From the IMG/VR virus record IMGVR_UViG_2737471859_000003: a stretch of DNA of 25,277 nt. One strand, written 5' to 3'. A model generated the notes under the pieces. It was not told the origin of the DNA. It saw nothing but the letters and a program-made list of their open reading frames with translations, and did no database searches. Position numbers and translations under genes: made by a program. Below are positions 17,395 to 25,277 of this stretch, piece after piece. The stretch comes from a virus. Its lineage: Duplodnaviria; Heunggongvirae; Uroviricota; Caudoviricetes. Every line of letters starts with the position of its first letter. Within the stretch, counting starts at the first letter, position 1.

Positions 17395-20178
17395 TTATTT
17401 TTTCTTCTCGCTATTGCCTTTGTCCTGCAACAGACCCGCCTTGTGACGTGCGCGTTCAGTGGTTTCATTGATTCTCTGTGCGTGCTCTGCGTCACGGATG
17501 GCGCGCAGCATGTCAGAAAGCACGGTAACGGGAGTTTTCATGGTGTTCTGGTCCTGCTGAATTGTGGATGCCAGGCGTGCAGCGGCTTCAGGGTCTGATG
17601 CCCCGAGCTGTTTCAGATAGCTGGAAACCGGGTTATGGCGGATTTCCGTGCTGTTTACGCCGTGATTACGGCTCAGGCGCTGCCAGAGCTGCGTGATTCG
17701 GCTGTCCGGTCGGGTATCTGGTTTGCGTACAATTTCAAATCCCTGCGGTGCAATGATGCTGCCGTCAACGTACAGACTGCCGCCTCGTAACAGGTGCTGC
17801 ATCTGCTGTTCACCGATATGCAGGCCGAGAGATTCGGCAGATTCCCGCCATTCTTTAGCGAGTAATTCGTGGTTATCAGGCAAAGGCCGCTGCTGTTTGC
17901 GGCTCTGTGTCCAGCTCTGCATTTCATCACTGCTGTTTTTTGCCTGTTTGTCACGAAGCGAACGCATCAGCGCCCGGCGTTCGTGCCGTTTCAGTGAGCG
18001 CATCCATTCGTTCACTTCAACGCCGTCAGGGAGCTGCGGCCACGGTGCTGGCCGTTCTTCCGGCTGTTCTGTCCCGTTGTTGTCCGTTTCCTGTACACGG
18101 GGACAGTTATTGCCACGAGTCCAAGGGGCGGCAGAGCCGCCCTGAAGGTCAAAACCATTTTCGTGGGTGCTGTCTTCCGCTTCCGGTTTACGTCTTACCA
18201 GCTTCCAGTTATCCGGGTGCGTGCACACACGGGAGGATTCCCCGATGAGTGGCGACCAGATCCCGTAAATCTGTACACTCTGTTCGCCGTAATCGTTCAG
18301 CTCATCTGCGAGGTCGTAGGCTGTGCGAATCAGGTAGTCCTTGCGCGGAACAAGTACGCCACCCTGTTTTTCAATGTAGGTGGCAAAACACCCGGCATCA
18401 GCGGCAGCAAGAACCGCATCCATTGCGTCATCCTTCAGCCGTTGCGGGCCCTCCGGGTTGCGTGCCATCTGGCTGGCAAGGCGGCGGAGTTCACGCCACA
18501 CCTGACGGGAGGGGATGCCAAAGAACTGGAACTGGCGGACCCGGTGAAGGCGCGCCCAGCCGATGGCGCGCTCCACGCTCTCGGCCATTGATTTTCCGGT
18601 TTCGTGGTCAACGCGTGGCTTGCCCGTTTTCGGGTCGATGCCATCTACGGCGCGGCTGTCCAGGTTTTTTCCGATGTAGGTCGCGATATAGCTGGTTGGT
18701 GTGCCTTTTGAGCCGTCGACATACTCCGCCTTAAAGCGCGGAGTAATATCATCGCCCAGTTCGTGACGATCTTCCTGAATGGCAATATCGCGGGTGATGG
18801 CCACGATGCTGTCGATTTCTTCCGGATGAGCAAAGACCATCATATGCCAGTGCACGGTGCCGTCATGGTGAGGCTCCACCGTGCGGATGCCATACCAGCG
18901 CAGGCCGTCGCGGTTCAGTTTTTTGCGGACCGCCGCAAAAAACGTGTTAACCAGGTAATCGCTGGAGTCGCGCATGGTGGCCCCGTTCCATTTGGGATTC
19001 GGATGACCGTTCTCCGTTGTTGCGTGGTATTTTGACGGGCAGGTGACAGTCAGAAACACCGCTTTGTCACCACGGGCTTCGGCCAGAAGTTCCAGCCCCT
19101 TCATGGTGGCCATCATTTCTGCCTTACGGTGAACCGGGTTACTTACTCCCGCGTAATACACTGTCTCGAGATCAATCGTGAACCCGTCTTCATTTTCCAG
19201 CATGAAACTTTTCAGGAAATCGCGTGTTTTCTCGCGCTGTGCGCGAAATTCACTTAATGCGTCCTGGCTCAGATAGGGTGATGTTTTTCTGGAAACCAGA
19301 CAGGCGGCGCGAAGTTGTTCTTCTCTCCACTCGCAACGTAAAAGCCACAGTTTGCGTTTCCACCATTCCGCACAGGTCAGGCGAAGGATTGCACCCGGCA
19401 GCAGTTCCGTGTCCGGTTCGTTCCTCCGGTCTTTGTCTGTTGTCAGTGCGTCATAATGCGGAGGCATGGCGTGCAGGTGTAACGCCATGCGGGCCAGCAT
19501 CTGATACGCCTTCAGCGTTACATCCATGGTCAGCTCGCCATCAGTCGCACCAAAGCCATCGCAGAGCTTTTCGAAGGTGCTGCTGAACATCGCCGCCGTC
19601 ATGGTGGCCAGCGTCTGTATCTGGTGTTTGTTGAGCTGCGGCAGGTAAAGCAAATCGTCCAGGCGTTCGCGTCCGGCAATGGAGCGATAACCCGGTGTCA
19701 GCCAGCGGCTGTCGGTGCGGTCCAGACGTCCGAATATTTTGCGCAGGGTTCCGCGTGCATAGCGTTCCGCCTGCCAGCTCTTTTTGCCTTTCTGGCGATC
19801 GGCTTCCTGTTTTTTGCGCAGGAAAGAGAGGTGGCGGCTCAGTGGTTCACGCAGATAAACAGGTAGTGCCTTTAGTGTGGCAAAGGCACGGGCTACCGGG
19901 TCTTGTTCTGTTGCCCGGCGCTTACTGATGATGCTCTGTGCCAGCTTTTCACGCTGTCCGGCTTCCTCAAGGGATGCCATGAGTTTTTTACCCATGGCGG
20001 ATTGTGCGAAAAAGGCTTCTTCCTTCGCTTCCTGTTCTTCCTGTGCCCTTTTGTCCGCCTCAAGGTAGTAACGGATGGCGCGTTGCAGGTCGGTTTCAGT
20101 TTCCTGCCTGCGCTCCGTAAATCTGGCCGGATCAATGGCTGGCCGTGGTTCATTCCAGCTCCATGCAAACTCACTCAT
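17395..20178 (-). CDS. A: Replication initiation endonuclease (rolling-circle, HUH-type), P2 gpA-like
   Basis: ATG at 20178 (MSEFAWSWNEP...) overlaps the upstream gene stop (ATGA). HUH motif in TVHWHMMVF and paired tyrosines in SYIATYIGKN, as in P2/phiX174 A proteins. ~927 aa versus ~761 aa in P2. Confidence 0.8.
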   Translation of the reverse strand: MSEFAWSWNEPRPAIDPARFTERRQETETDLQRAIRYYLEADKRAQEEQEAKEEAFFAQSAMGKKLMASLEEAGQREKLAQSIISKRRATEQDPVARAFATLKALPVYLREPLSRHLSFLRKKQEADRQKGKKSWQAERYARGTLRKIFGRLDRTDSRWLTPGYRSIAGRERLDDLLYLPQLNKHQIQTLATMTAAMFSSTFEKLCDGFGATDGELTMDVTLKAYQMLARMALHLHAMPPHYDALTTDKDRRNEPDTELLPGAILRLTCAEWWKRKLWLLRCEWREEQLRAACLVSRKTSPYLSQDALSEFRAQREKTRDFLKSFMLENEDGFTIDLETVYYAGVSNPVHRKAEMMATMKGLELLAEARGDKAVFLTVTCPSKYHATTENGHPNPKWNGATMRDSSDYLVNTFFAAVRKKLNRDGLRWYGIRTVEPHHDGTVHWHMMVFAHPEEIDSIVAITRDIAIQEDRHELGDDITPRFKAEYVDGSKGTPTSYIATYIGKNLDSRAVDGIDPKTGKPRVDHETGKSMAESVERAIGWARLHRVRQFQFFGIPSRQVWRELRRLASQMARNPEGPQRLKDDAMDAVLAAADAGCFATYIEKQGGVLVPRKDYLIRTAYDLADELNDYGEQSVQIYGIWSPLIGESSRVCTHPDNWKLVRRKPEAEDSTHENGFDLQGGSAAPWTRGNNCPRVQETDNNGTEQPEERPAPWPQLPDGVEVNEWMRSLKRHERRALMRSLRDKQAKNSSDEMQSWTQSRKQQRPLPDNHELLAKEWRESAESLGLHIGEQQMQHLLRGGSLYVDGSIIAPQGFEIVRKPDTRPDSRITQLWQRLSRNHGVNSTEIRHNPVSSYLKQLGASDPEAAARLASTIQQDQNTMKTPVTVLSDMLRAIRDAEHAQRINETTERARHKAGLLQDKGNSEKKK

Positions 20179-20564
20179 GGCTGGTATCCCGTCACGCGCT
20201 GCCACTCCTGCGAGAAGATGGCGGAAAGGCGGTTAAATTCAGCGGTGTATTCACTCAGCGAGGCACACCCGCCAGCAGTGCGATGCGCCAGCATTGCCGC
20301 AAATACGGAGGCCGGGGAGTCATAATACGCCAGCAGTGATTCGCCGTGTGGTGTCAGGCAGTGCAACGCCAGCCCGTGTGGTGTGAAATCCACGCGGTAG
20401 CAGTCGTCTACTGTGAAATAAAGGGTGTCCGCATTCTCCGGTTTTGTGGTGCGTGCTCTGTTGTCACGACCACGGATGTAGAGATCAAATAATCCCTGAA
20501 GAATGGGAGCCAGACGGGTGTCCTGTGTGCGCACCCATCTTGTGAAGTCATGAGCGTCAATCAT
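20175..20564 (-). CDS. Hypothetical early-operon protein (129 aa)
   Basis: ATG start; stop overlaps the A start codon, implying translational coupling; no family recognised. Confidence 0.55.
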   Translation of the reverse strand: MIDAHDFTRWVRTQDTRLAPILQGLFDLYIRGRDNRARTTKPENADTLYFTVDDCYRVDFTPHGLALHCLTPHGESLLAYYDSPASVFAAMLAHRTAGGCASLSEYTAEFNRLSAIFSQEWQRVTGYQP

Positions 20565-20636
20565 GCTGCAATTCTCTTTACTACAGGTGTGCGAAGGCCT
20601 CCCGCCGCAAGGTGCAGGAAAGGCCTGGAACAGGAA

Positions 20637-20867
20637 TTAATGGAGTTTGTTTTGCTGCTGAAAGAGCTGCTGAAGCTCGCGCAGATCATCCGCCAGATAG
20701 CTGAAAACAGCGGATGAATAGAGGTTTGAAAGTTCGCAGCTACGCTCATGCAGCATATTGATGTGCATGATTTTAGCGACGCGGAATGCGCGGGAAAGTC
20801 TGCGGTTGATTTCAGTCTGGATGTGACGACGCTCCGCGATAGCGCGGTGCTGTTTGCGGTTTGCCAT
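20637..20867 (-). CDS. Hypothetical small basic protein (76 aa)
   Basis: ATG at 20867 with an AGAGG upstream; the overlapping 206-aa track ORF in another frame is low-complexity and was rejected. Confidence 0.5.
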   Translation of the reverse strand: MANRKQHRAIAERRHIQTEINRRLSRAFRVAKIMHINMLHERSCELSNLYSSAVFSYLADDLRELQQLFQQQNKLH

Positions 20868-21192
20868 GGTGTTTGGCCTCTTCGTTTGTGAGTTTTTGGA
20901 TACTCACCAACCAGAGTTGAGAATCTCGGGGTGGCGAGACGTACGGGGTTCTCAACACCGGCAAACGAAGAAACCGGCCCGACCGAAGTCGGCCCCGTAC
21001 GCCCCACCATAATTCGTGTGCGAAAAAGACGTGGCAATACAGTACGCACAAAAAAACCGCTGGCGCGGTTGTGCGCTTCGTTTGTCAGCAGGTTGAGAAT
21101 CCCGGCACCCGTTTTATGAGGTGCAGCAGAAATGTAACCTGACTGATTGCGGCATGGCAAGCGGTTTTTTTGTGTGTGCATGCTCTGATTTC
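20868..21192. other. ~325-bp structured non-coding region in the early operon (candidate regulatory site or small RNA)
   Basis: GTTGAGAATCYCGG occurs at ~20916 and ~21092 as a direct repeat; the first copy pairs with GTTCTCAAC at ~20949; GTACGGGG and CCCCGTAC are inverted ~45 nt apart; an imperfect long hairpin around AACCGCTGGCGCGGTT lies at ~21045-21075 next to A/T runs. Confidence 0.4.
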
Positions 21193-21492
21193 TTACTGGT
21201 TCAGAAAAAAATCAAAAACCTTGTCAATGCGTTGCAACAGCTCTTGCTGTATTGCTTCCGGCGTTTCCGGTTCGCCTGGCGCCTCCAATGTCGCGCAGAA
21301 ATCAGCGATTTCATGATGGAGCGTCAGGCGAATGGCAGGAGCCGTGGTTCTGGCGTGCTCCAGCTCATCCAGCAATGCCAGCACCGCAGACGGCGAGAGC
21401 ATTGCGCGAAATGCCAGTAATTTTTGAGGTGTTGCCATTCGTTGCAGGGCAAATGCCAGTTCGCGTAGCTTCTGGTGGTTGATGGTGCTCAT
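21193..21492 (-). CDS. Hypothetical early-operon protein (99 aa)
   Basis: ATG start; start overlaps the stop of the upstream 88-aa gene. Confidence 0.5.
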   Translation of the reverse strand: MSTINHQKLRELAFALQRMATPQKLLAFRAMLSPSAVLALLDELEHARTTAPAIRLTLHHEIADFCATLEAPGEPETPEAIQQELLQRIDKVFDFFLNQ

Positions 21493-21755
21493 GTTCTGGC
21501 TTCCTTCAGTAGCTGGTTAAACATGTGAGTCAGTGGATTGCTACACCCGAACGGCATCGGGTTTACGTGGTAAGAAGCCTGGCCTCCAGTTTTGCGAGCG
21601 CGACCACCTGTGCTGCGGTTTGTTCTGATGACTAAGCCGCCGCGCCAAAGTTGGCGTAACTCAGCATTAATGGCTGTGGTTGGAGTATTCAGTGCTGCTG
21701 CGATTTCTCCGCCGCTACAACCCGGATGGGTAGCGATGTAGTCCAGAATGGTCAT
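21489..21755 (-). CDS. Putative small DNA-binding protein (88 aa)
   Basis: N-terminus MTILDYIATHPGCSGGEIAAALN resembles winged-helix regulator N-termini (impression only); ATGA overlaps with both neighbours. Confidence 0.45.
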   Translation of the reverse strand: MTILDYIATHPGCSGGEIAAALNTPTTAINAELRQLWRGGLVIRTNRSTGGRARKTGGQASYHVNPMPFGCSNPLTHMFNQLLKEART

Positions 21756-21955
21756 CTGCGTGGCTCCTGTACCTGTCGGATAAGATTCACCCGCGCCACG
21801 TTGGTGGCGCAGAAATAAGTGCCGTCAGTGAGGTAGATGTGGTGTGCATCCTTTTCCGAACGATGTTTGTCGATAGTGGTAATCAGTCGTTCGTCGACCT
21901 CGTATTCGCGCCCTCTGGAGGTAAAGCGAACGACGGGAAAATGCTTAATTGCCAT
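21752..21955 (-). CDS. Hypothetical small protein (67 aa)
   Basis: ATG at 21955 preceded by AAGGGGGG. Confidence 0.5.
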   Translation of the reverse strand: MAIKHFPVVRFTSRGREYEVDERLITTIDKHRSEKDAHHIYLTDGTYFCATNVARVNLIRQVQEPRR

Positions 21956-21979
21956 TGCGCCCCCCTTTGTCCAGTAACC

Positions 21980-22390
21980 CTATGCGTTAAATACGGTGTG
22001 TCGGGCGTCATCAATGAATGCAACTTGAGAGCGCTCTATCAGGCGGAGATTTGTCAGAAGCGCTGATTCCCTTATGGGGTGAGGAGTGATCAGGTATTTG
22101 TCCTGTAATCCGGCAATAATGGTGTATCGCTGTAGCTCCGAGCCAATTGTGTAAATAAGGCGTCCGGTGTTAGATAAATCCAGTCCGGTGACTGGTTGAG
22201 TTTTGAAAAGCGTAAGTTCCGCACCCTGTTCTTCGATGATTTTGGCGGCTTCTGCCGTGACTTTTGCGACTATCATTGTGTGGGTCGCGACGTCTATATG
22301 ATTATTTGCTACGGCTTTTTTCGCTACTTCGCTTTCCATCTTTGAAATTTCTTTCAGTGCTCTGATGATACCTTCTTCTTTTGCGTGCAT
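21980..22390 (-). CDS. Hypothetical protein (136 aa), AT-rich moron-like gene
   Basis: ATG at 22390 preceded by GGAGA; lower GC than neighbouring genes; followed by an AT-rich non-coding stretch. Confidence 0.55.
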   Translation of the reverse strand: MHAKEEGIIRALKEISKMESEVAKKAVANNHIDVATHTMIVAKVTAEAAKIIEEQGAELTLFKTQPVTGLDLSNTGRLIYTIGSELQRYTIIAGLQDKYLITPHPIRESALLTNLRLIERSQVAFIDDARHTVFNA

Positions 22391-22483
22391 TTTTGTATCT
22401 CCGTTATCTGCGTGTGCGAATACCTCCGTTAATACGGATGGTTTTCACGTTTTCTTATTTAATTTGATGTTTTATTTGTATCG

Positions 22484-22597
22484 TTATTCACCAGTGAAAA
22501 AACGTTCAATCTTTTTTACTGAATGAATAATTCGCATAATCCCAATGGCGCAGGCCACTGAAATAATCAGAGCAAGCCATGAAATAAATATACTCAT
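22484..22597 (-). CDS. Small hydrophobic peptide (~37 aa, single predicted TM helix), below the ORF-track length cut-off
   Basis: ATG at 22597..22595 overlaps the stop of the 80-aa gene (ATGA); by-eye translation MSIFISWLALIISVACAIGIMRIIHSVKKIERFFTGE. End coordinate approximate. Confidence 0.4.
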   Translation of the reverse strand: MSIFISWLALIISVACAIGIMRIIHSVKKIERFFTGE

Positions 22598-22836
22598 GCG
22601 ATATTCCCCAGCTTATACGGTTCAATATGTTCCCCGCATTCTGCGGCACAGATTAGCTCGGAAAGTTCGTTAAGTGCATCCAGATCATCAGCGTAAAAAG
22701 CCACGTCATACAGACTCCGGATTGCCCTGGTCAATGAGTCACGGGCTGCACGTTCAGCATGAGCGCCTGATGCACTTAAGCGAAAATAAAAACGCTCAAG
22801 TGCTTTGTTAATGAGAGTTTTATATTCTTTGCCCAT
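22594..22836 (-). CDS. Hypothetical protein (80 aa)
   Basis: ATG start with an AAGGG upstream. Confidence 0.5.
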   Translation of the reverse strand: MGKEYKTLINKALERFYFRLSASGAHAERAARDSLTRAIRSLYDVAFYADDLDALNELSELICAAECGEHIEPYKLGNIA

Positions 22837-22847
22837 CGCAACGCCCT

Positions 22848-23126
22848 TTAATCTGCTTTCTGAATTTCAGCTTCTGAATCCATACAAATAATTTCGATAT
22901 ATGGTTCATCGCCATTAACCTGACGTGCCTTTTCAGCTTCGCTAATGATTTCTCGCACGGTCTGGTACGGAAGCTCCACAGTCAAGCGCGTACCGTTCAG
23001 ATAAACGTAAGTAGCTGCGTTTTTTTCGGATGGAACAACTCCGTCAATGGCTGATGCGCGTAATAACAGTTCACCGCGAAAATCAATAAAACGGATAAAT
23101 ACACCTTGTGCATGCTCTTTGGTCAT
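22848..23126 (-). CDS. Hypothetical protein (~92 aa)
   Basis: Track ORF 22848..23186 begins with TTG; the first ATG is at 23126 after AGGTG, clear of the upstream gene stop at 23137. Confidence 0.5.
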   Translation of the reverse strand: MTKEHAQGVFIRFIDFRGELLLRASAIDGVVPSEKNAATYVYLNGTRLTVELPYQTVREIISEAEKARQVNGDEPYIEIICMDSEAEIQKAD

Positions 23127-23136
23127 AAAGCACCTG

Positions 23137-23478
23137 TTATAAATCAGCCTGTTTAATAAAACTTTGCCCGCGAAGCAGACGATCAACCGTGCGTAGTGCT
23201 TCGTATAATGTGAAATCCTGCCCGAACTGATTGTCGCCGCAGCTCAATGCAAAAATGCGGTTTCCGGTAAACGGATTGCGTGGACATTTGCGGACCACGA
23301 TTCCAGCTTTCTCAATCAGCCAGGCATGCTCGCCGATTTGTTTTACTGGGTAGCCATCCGGCGTTGCGTGTGTATCACTCAGGCTGTAGCGGATGTTGCT
23401 GCGTGATGCGCTGGTAGCGAAACGGTTAGCGTGGCGTTCAGCACCATTACGAAAGCGTGAATTACGTTGCTGTTTCAT
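23137..23478 (-). CDS. Hypothetical early protein (113 aa)
   Basis: ATG at 23478 preceded by GGGAG; first gene after cox. Confidence 0.5.
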   Translation of the reverse strand: MKQQRNSRFRNGAERHANRFATSASRSNIRYSLSDTHATPDGYPVKQIGEHAWLIEKAGIVVRKCPRNPFTGNRIFALSCGDNQFGQDFTLYEALRTVDRLLRGQSFIKQADL

Positions 23479-23496
23479 ATCAAAACTCCCTGCATC

Positions 23497-23823
23497 TCAT
23501 GCAGCAAAATTAAGAAAGCCTAATCCCAAATCTTCCGCCAGCTTCTTAGCTTTATTAAGCCAGTGGTTGCGCCAATCTTTACGCTCAGGAGGAAGCTGTT
23601 TCGTTGCGTCATAGACCATTTCGAGCCACTCGTTCCATAAGATGAGGAGGCGGCGTGAACTTCCTTCCTCGCCTAAAACTTCACGCTCAGTAGCCAGAGG
23701 GATGAGCCGACGTTCCACCAACTTTCTTACGGCTGATTCGGTCTTGCCCGTGCGGCGGGCAAATTCATCGACGGTGATGGGGTCTGGGATCTTAAACAAT
23801 GCCCTCAATAGTTCTTCATTCAT
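23497..23823 (-). CDS. cox: Cox-like excisionase / early transcriptional regulator
   Basis: ATG at 23823 (MNEELLRALFKIPDPITVDEFARRTGKTESAVRKLVERRLIP...) after GGGAGA; HTH-like N-terminus and W-rich C-terminus reminiscent of P2 Cox; divergent from C as in P2. Confidence 0.7.
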   Translation of the reverse strand: MNEELLRALFKIPDPITVDEFARRTGKTESAVRKLVERRLIPLATEREVLGEEGSSRRLLILWNEWLEMVYDATKQLPPERKDWRNHWLNKAKKLAEDLGLGFLNFAA

Positions 23824-23918
23824 GTGATAATCTCCCTGTTTGGGGTATTTCTTGCGACGGATGCCCCAAATCAAACTCATTTGTATAAACATTAATACAG
23901 ACGTTGGAGAATTGCAAC
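23824..23918. promoter_or_regulatory. Immunity switch region: divergent early (Pe) and repressor (Pc) promoters with putative operators
   Basis: 95-bp gap between divergent cox and C. Contains inverted repeat TTTGGGG...CCCCAAA with arms ~18 nt apart. Confidence 0.6.
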
Positions 23919-24221
23919 ATGCGTATGACTATTGGAGAGCGCATAAAAATCATGCGTGAAAGCGAGAGACTTACTAGCCTCCCGGATACAGCAAAAATGC
24001 TTGGTTTAAACCGTGATGCTCTGTGGAGATATGAAAGCGGTAAAACTATCCCTAATGCTGAAGTAATTGAGCAAATACTAAACAACCCCAGATTTGAGAA
24101 ATATGCGTTGTGGTTTATGACTGGAAAAATTGCGCCTGAATCCGGGCAGATAGCTCCGGCTCTCGCACACTATGGGCAAGAGCCAACGGACTTACCCCCA
24201 TCCGAAAGGAAAATTGGTTAA
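23919..24221 (+). CDS. C: Immunity repressor, P2 C-like
   Basis: ATG at 23919, 8 nt after GGAGA. YALWFMTGKIAPESGQIAPALAHYGQE closely matches P2 C (YTLWFMTNQIAPESGQIAPALAHFGQN) as I recall it. Confidence 0.85.
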   Translation: MRMTIGERIKIMRESERLTSLPDTAKMLGLNRDALWRYESGKTIPNAEVIEQILNNPRFEKYALWFMTGKIAPESGQIAPALAHYGQEPTDLPPSERKIG

Positions 24222-24287
24222 CCCTTTATTATTCTTACGTTTTACAAACTGGAAATGTCTTTCCTCGTTTCACCGGAGGGCTTGCCA

Positions 24288-25277
24288 ATGGCAATTAAAG
24301 CGCTCGATGGTGGACGGTATAAAGTGGATGTTAGACCGCGTGGCCGAAGTGGACGTCGGATTCAGCGGATTTTTAAGAAAAAGGCAGATGCAGTGGCCTT
24401 TGAGCGTTATGTTCTCAGCCACATGCACGATAAGGAATGGCTTGAAAAGCCAACAGAGCAACGTCATCTCTCAGATCTGCTTCCGTTATGGTGGGAATTG
24501 GGTGGACGCAATAAGCCATATGCTAACGGCGTTCTAACCAGGTTGAAAAAAATCATCAAAGAAATGAATGATCCAAGGGTTAGCCAGATTAATGCTCGTT
24601 TCATGGCCGCTTATCGAAGCTCCCGTTTATCCTTGGGAGTAAAAGAGTCTACTGTTCGGCGTGATGAGTCGGATCTCGGAGGAATGTTTACACTCCTGGC
24701 AAATGCCGGGGAATTTCACGGAGAAAATCCGCTCCGCGCCCTCCCCTCTTTGAAACGAAAATCACCCGAAATGACGTATCTCACCACGGAAGAAATCGCC
24801 AAATTACTGGATGCAGTAAGCGGTGATGCCCGGCGGATTACGCTACTTTGTCTCAGTACTGGTGCGAGATGGGGAGAAGCGAAAAATCTGCGCGCGGAAC
24901 ACATCATCAATAACCGCGTGACGTTTAACAAAACTAAAAACGGAAAAGTTCGAATTATTCCTGTCTCTGATGAAGTTGTTAGTGAGATCAAAACAAAGAA
25001 ATCCGGCCTTTTGTTTGACGTCAATTATGAGGAATATCGCAAGGTGCTTCGCAGTGTTAAGCCTGACCTACCGAAAGGGCAGGCTGTACATGTTCTACGC
25101 CATACCTTTGCAGCTCACTTTATGATTAATGGAGGAAATATACTTACGCTCCAGCGAATTATGGGGCACGCCACGATCCAGCAAACTATGACCTATGCGC
25201 ACCTCGCTCCTGATTTCCTCCAGGAGGCAATTTCACTTAATCCGTTAAAAGGAGGTATCCACATTTCATCCACATAA
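24288..25277 (+). CDS. int: Tyrosine integrase, P2 Int-like
   Basis: ATG at 24288 (MAIKALDGGRYKVDV...) after GGAGGG. LSTGARWGEA, HVLRHTFA and YAHLAP match P2 Int catalytic regions. Stop codon is the last 3 nt of the window. Confidence 0.9.
   Translation: MAIKALDGGRYKVDVRPRGRSGRRIQRIFKKKADAVAFERYVLSHMHDKEWLEKPTEQRHLSDLLPLWWELGGRNKPYANGVLTRLKKIIKEMNDPRVSQINARFMAAYRSSRLSLGVKESTVRRDESDLGGMFTLLANAGEFHGENPLRALPSLKRKSPEMTYLTTEEIAKLLDAVSGDARRITLLCLSTGARWGEAKNLRAEHIINNRVTFNKTKNGKVRIIPVSDEVVSEIKTKKSGLLFDVNYEEYRKVLRSVKPDLPKGQAVHVLRHTFAAHFMINGGNILTLQRIMGHATIQQTMTYAHLAPDFLQEAISLNPLKGGIHISST

Noticed and set aside
17673-20339. Multiple plus- and minus-strand ORFs of 60-160 aa within and around gene A
   Set aside because: All overlap the gpA reading frame, which carries HUH and tyrosine motifs; the overlapping ORFs are low-complexity.
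20561-21181. 206-aa minus-strand ORF spanning the 76-aa gene and the structured non-coding region
   Set aside because: S/T/R-rich low-complexity translation that crosses inverted-repeat DNA; the 76-aa ORF with a proper ATG and Shine-Dalgarno is the more plausible gene. Plus-strand ORFs 20931..21119 and 21121..21420 were rejected for the same reason.
1-25277. CRISPR arrays, tRNA/rRNA genes, IS elements or transposases
   Set aside because: No regularly spaced short repeats, no tRNA-like cloverleaf candidates and no transposase-like ORFs were seen; the only mobile-element signature is the prophage itself.

Overview
This window is most of a P2-like temperate prophage of an enterobacterium, lying in reverse orientation relative to the standard P2 map. 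On the minus strand it runs tail fibre H (5' part only, running off the window start), I, J, W, V, S, R, an overlapping spanin pair, endolysin, holin, X, L, M, N and O; then P (terminase ATPase) and Q (portal) on the plus strand. After Q comes a ~4.6 kb AT-rich cargo island on the minus strand, in the position where P2 carries tin/old: a 174-aa unknown gene, then a two-gene operon encoding a classical AAA+ ATPase and a 741-aa subtilisin-like (S8) serine protease. This pair is the strongest candidate for an accessory, probably anti-phage, system; its architecture resembles what I recall as ietAS, but I cannot confirm homology without a search. Beyond it are replication gene A, about nine small early-operon genes (several unrecognised), cox, the C repressor and the integrase, which ends on the last base of the window. 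No rRNA, tRNA, CRISPR array or IS element was seen. Calls rest on the ORF track plus by-eye comparison to remembered P2 proteins and catalytic motifs; no database search was run, and coordinates I placed by reading nucleotides may be off by 1-2 nt.
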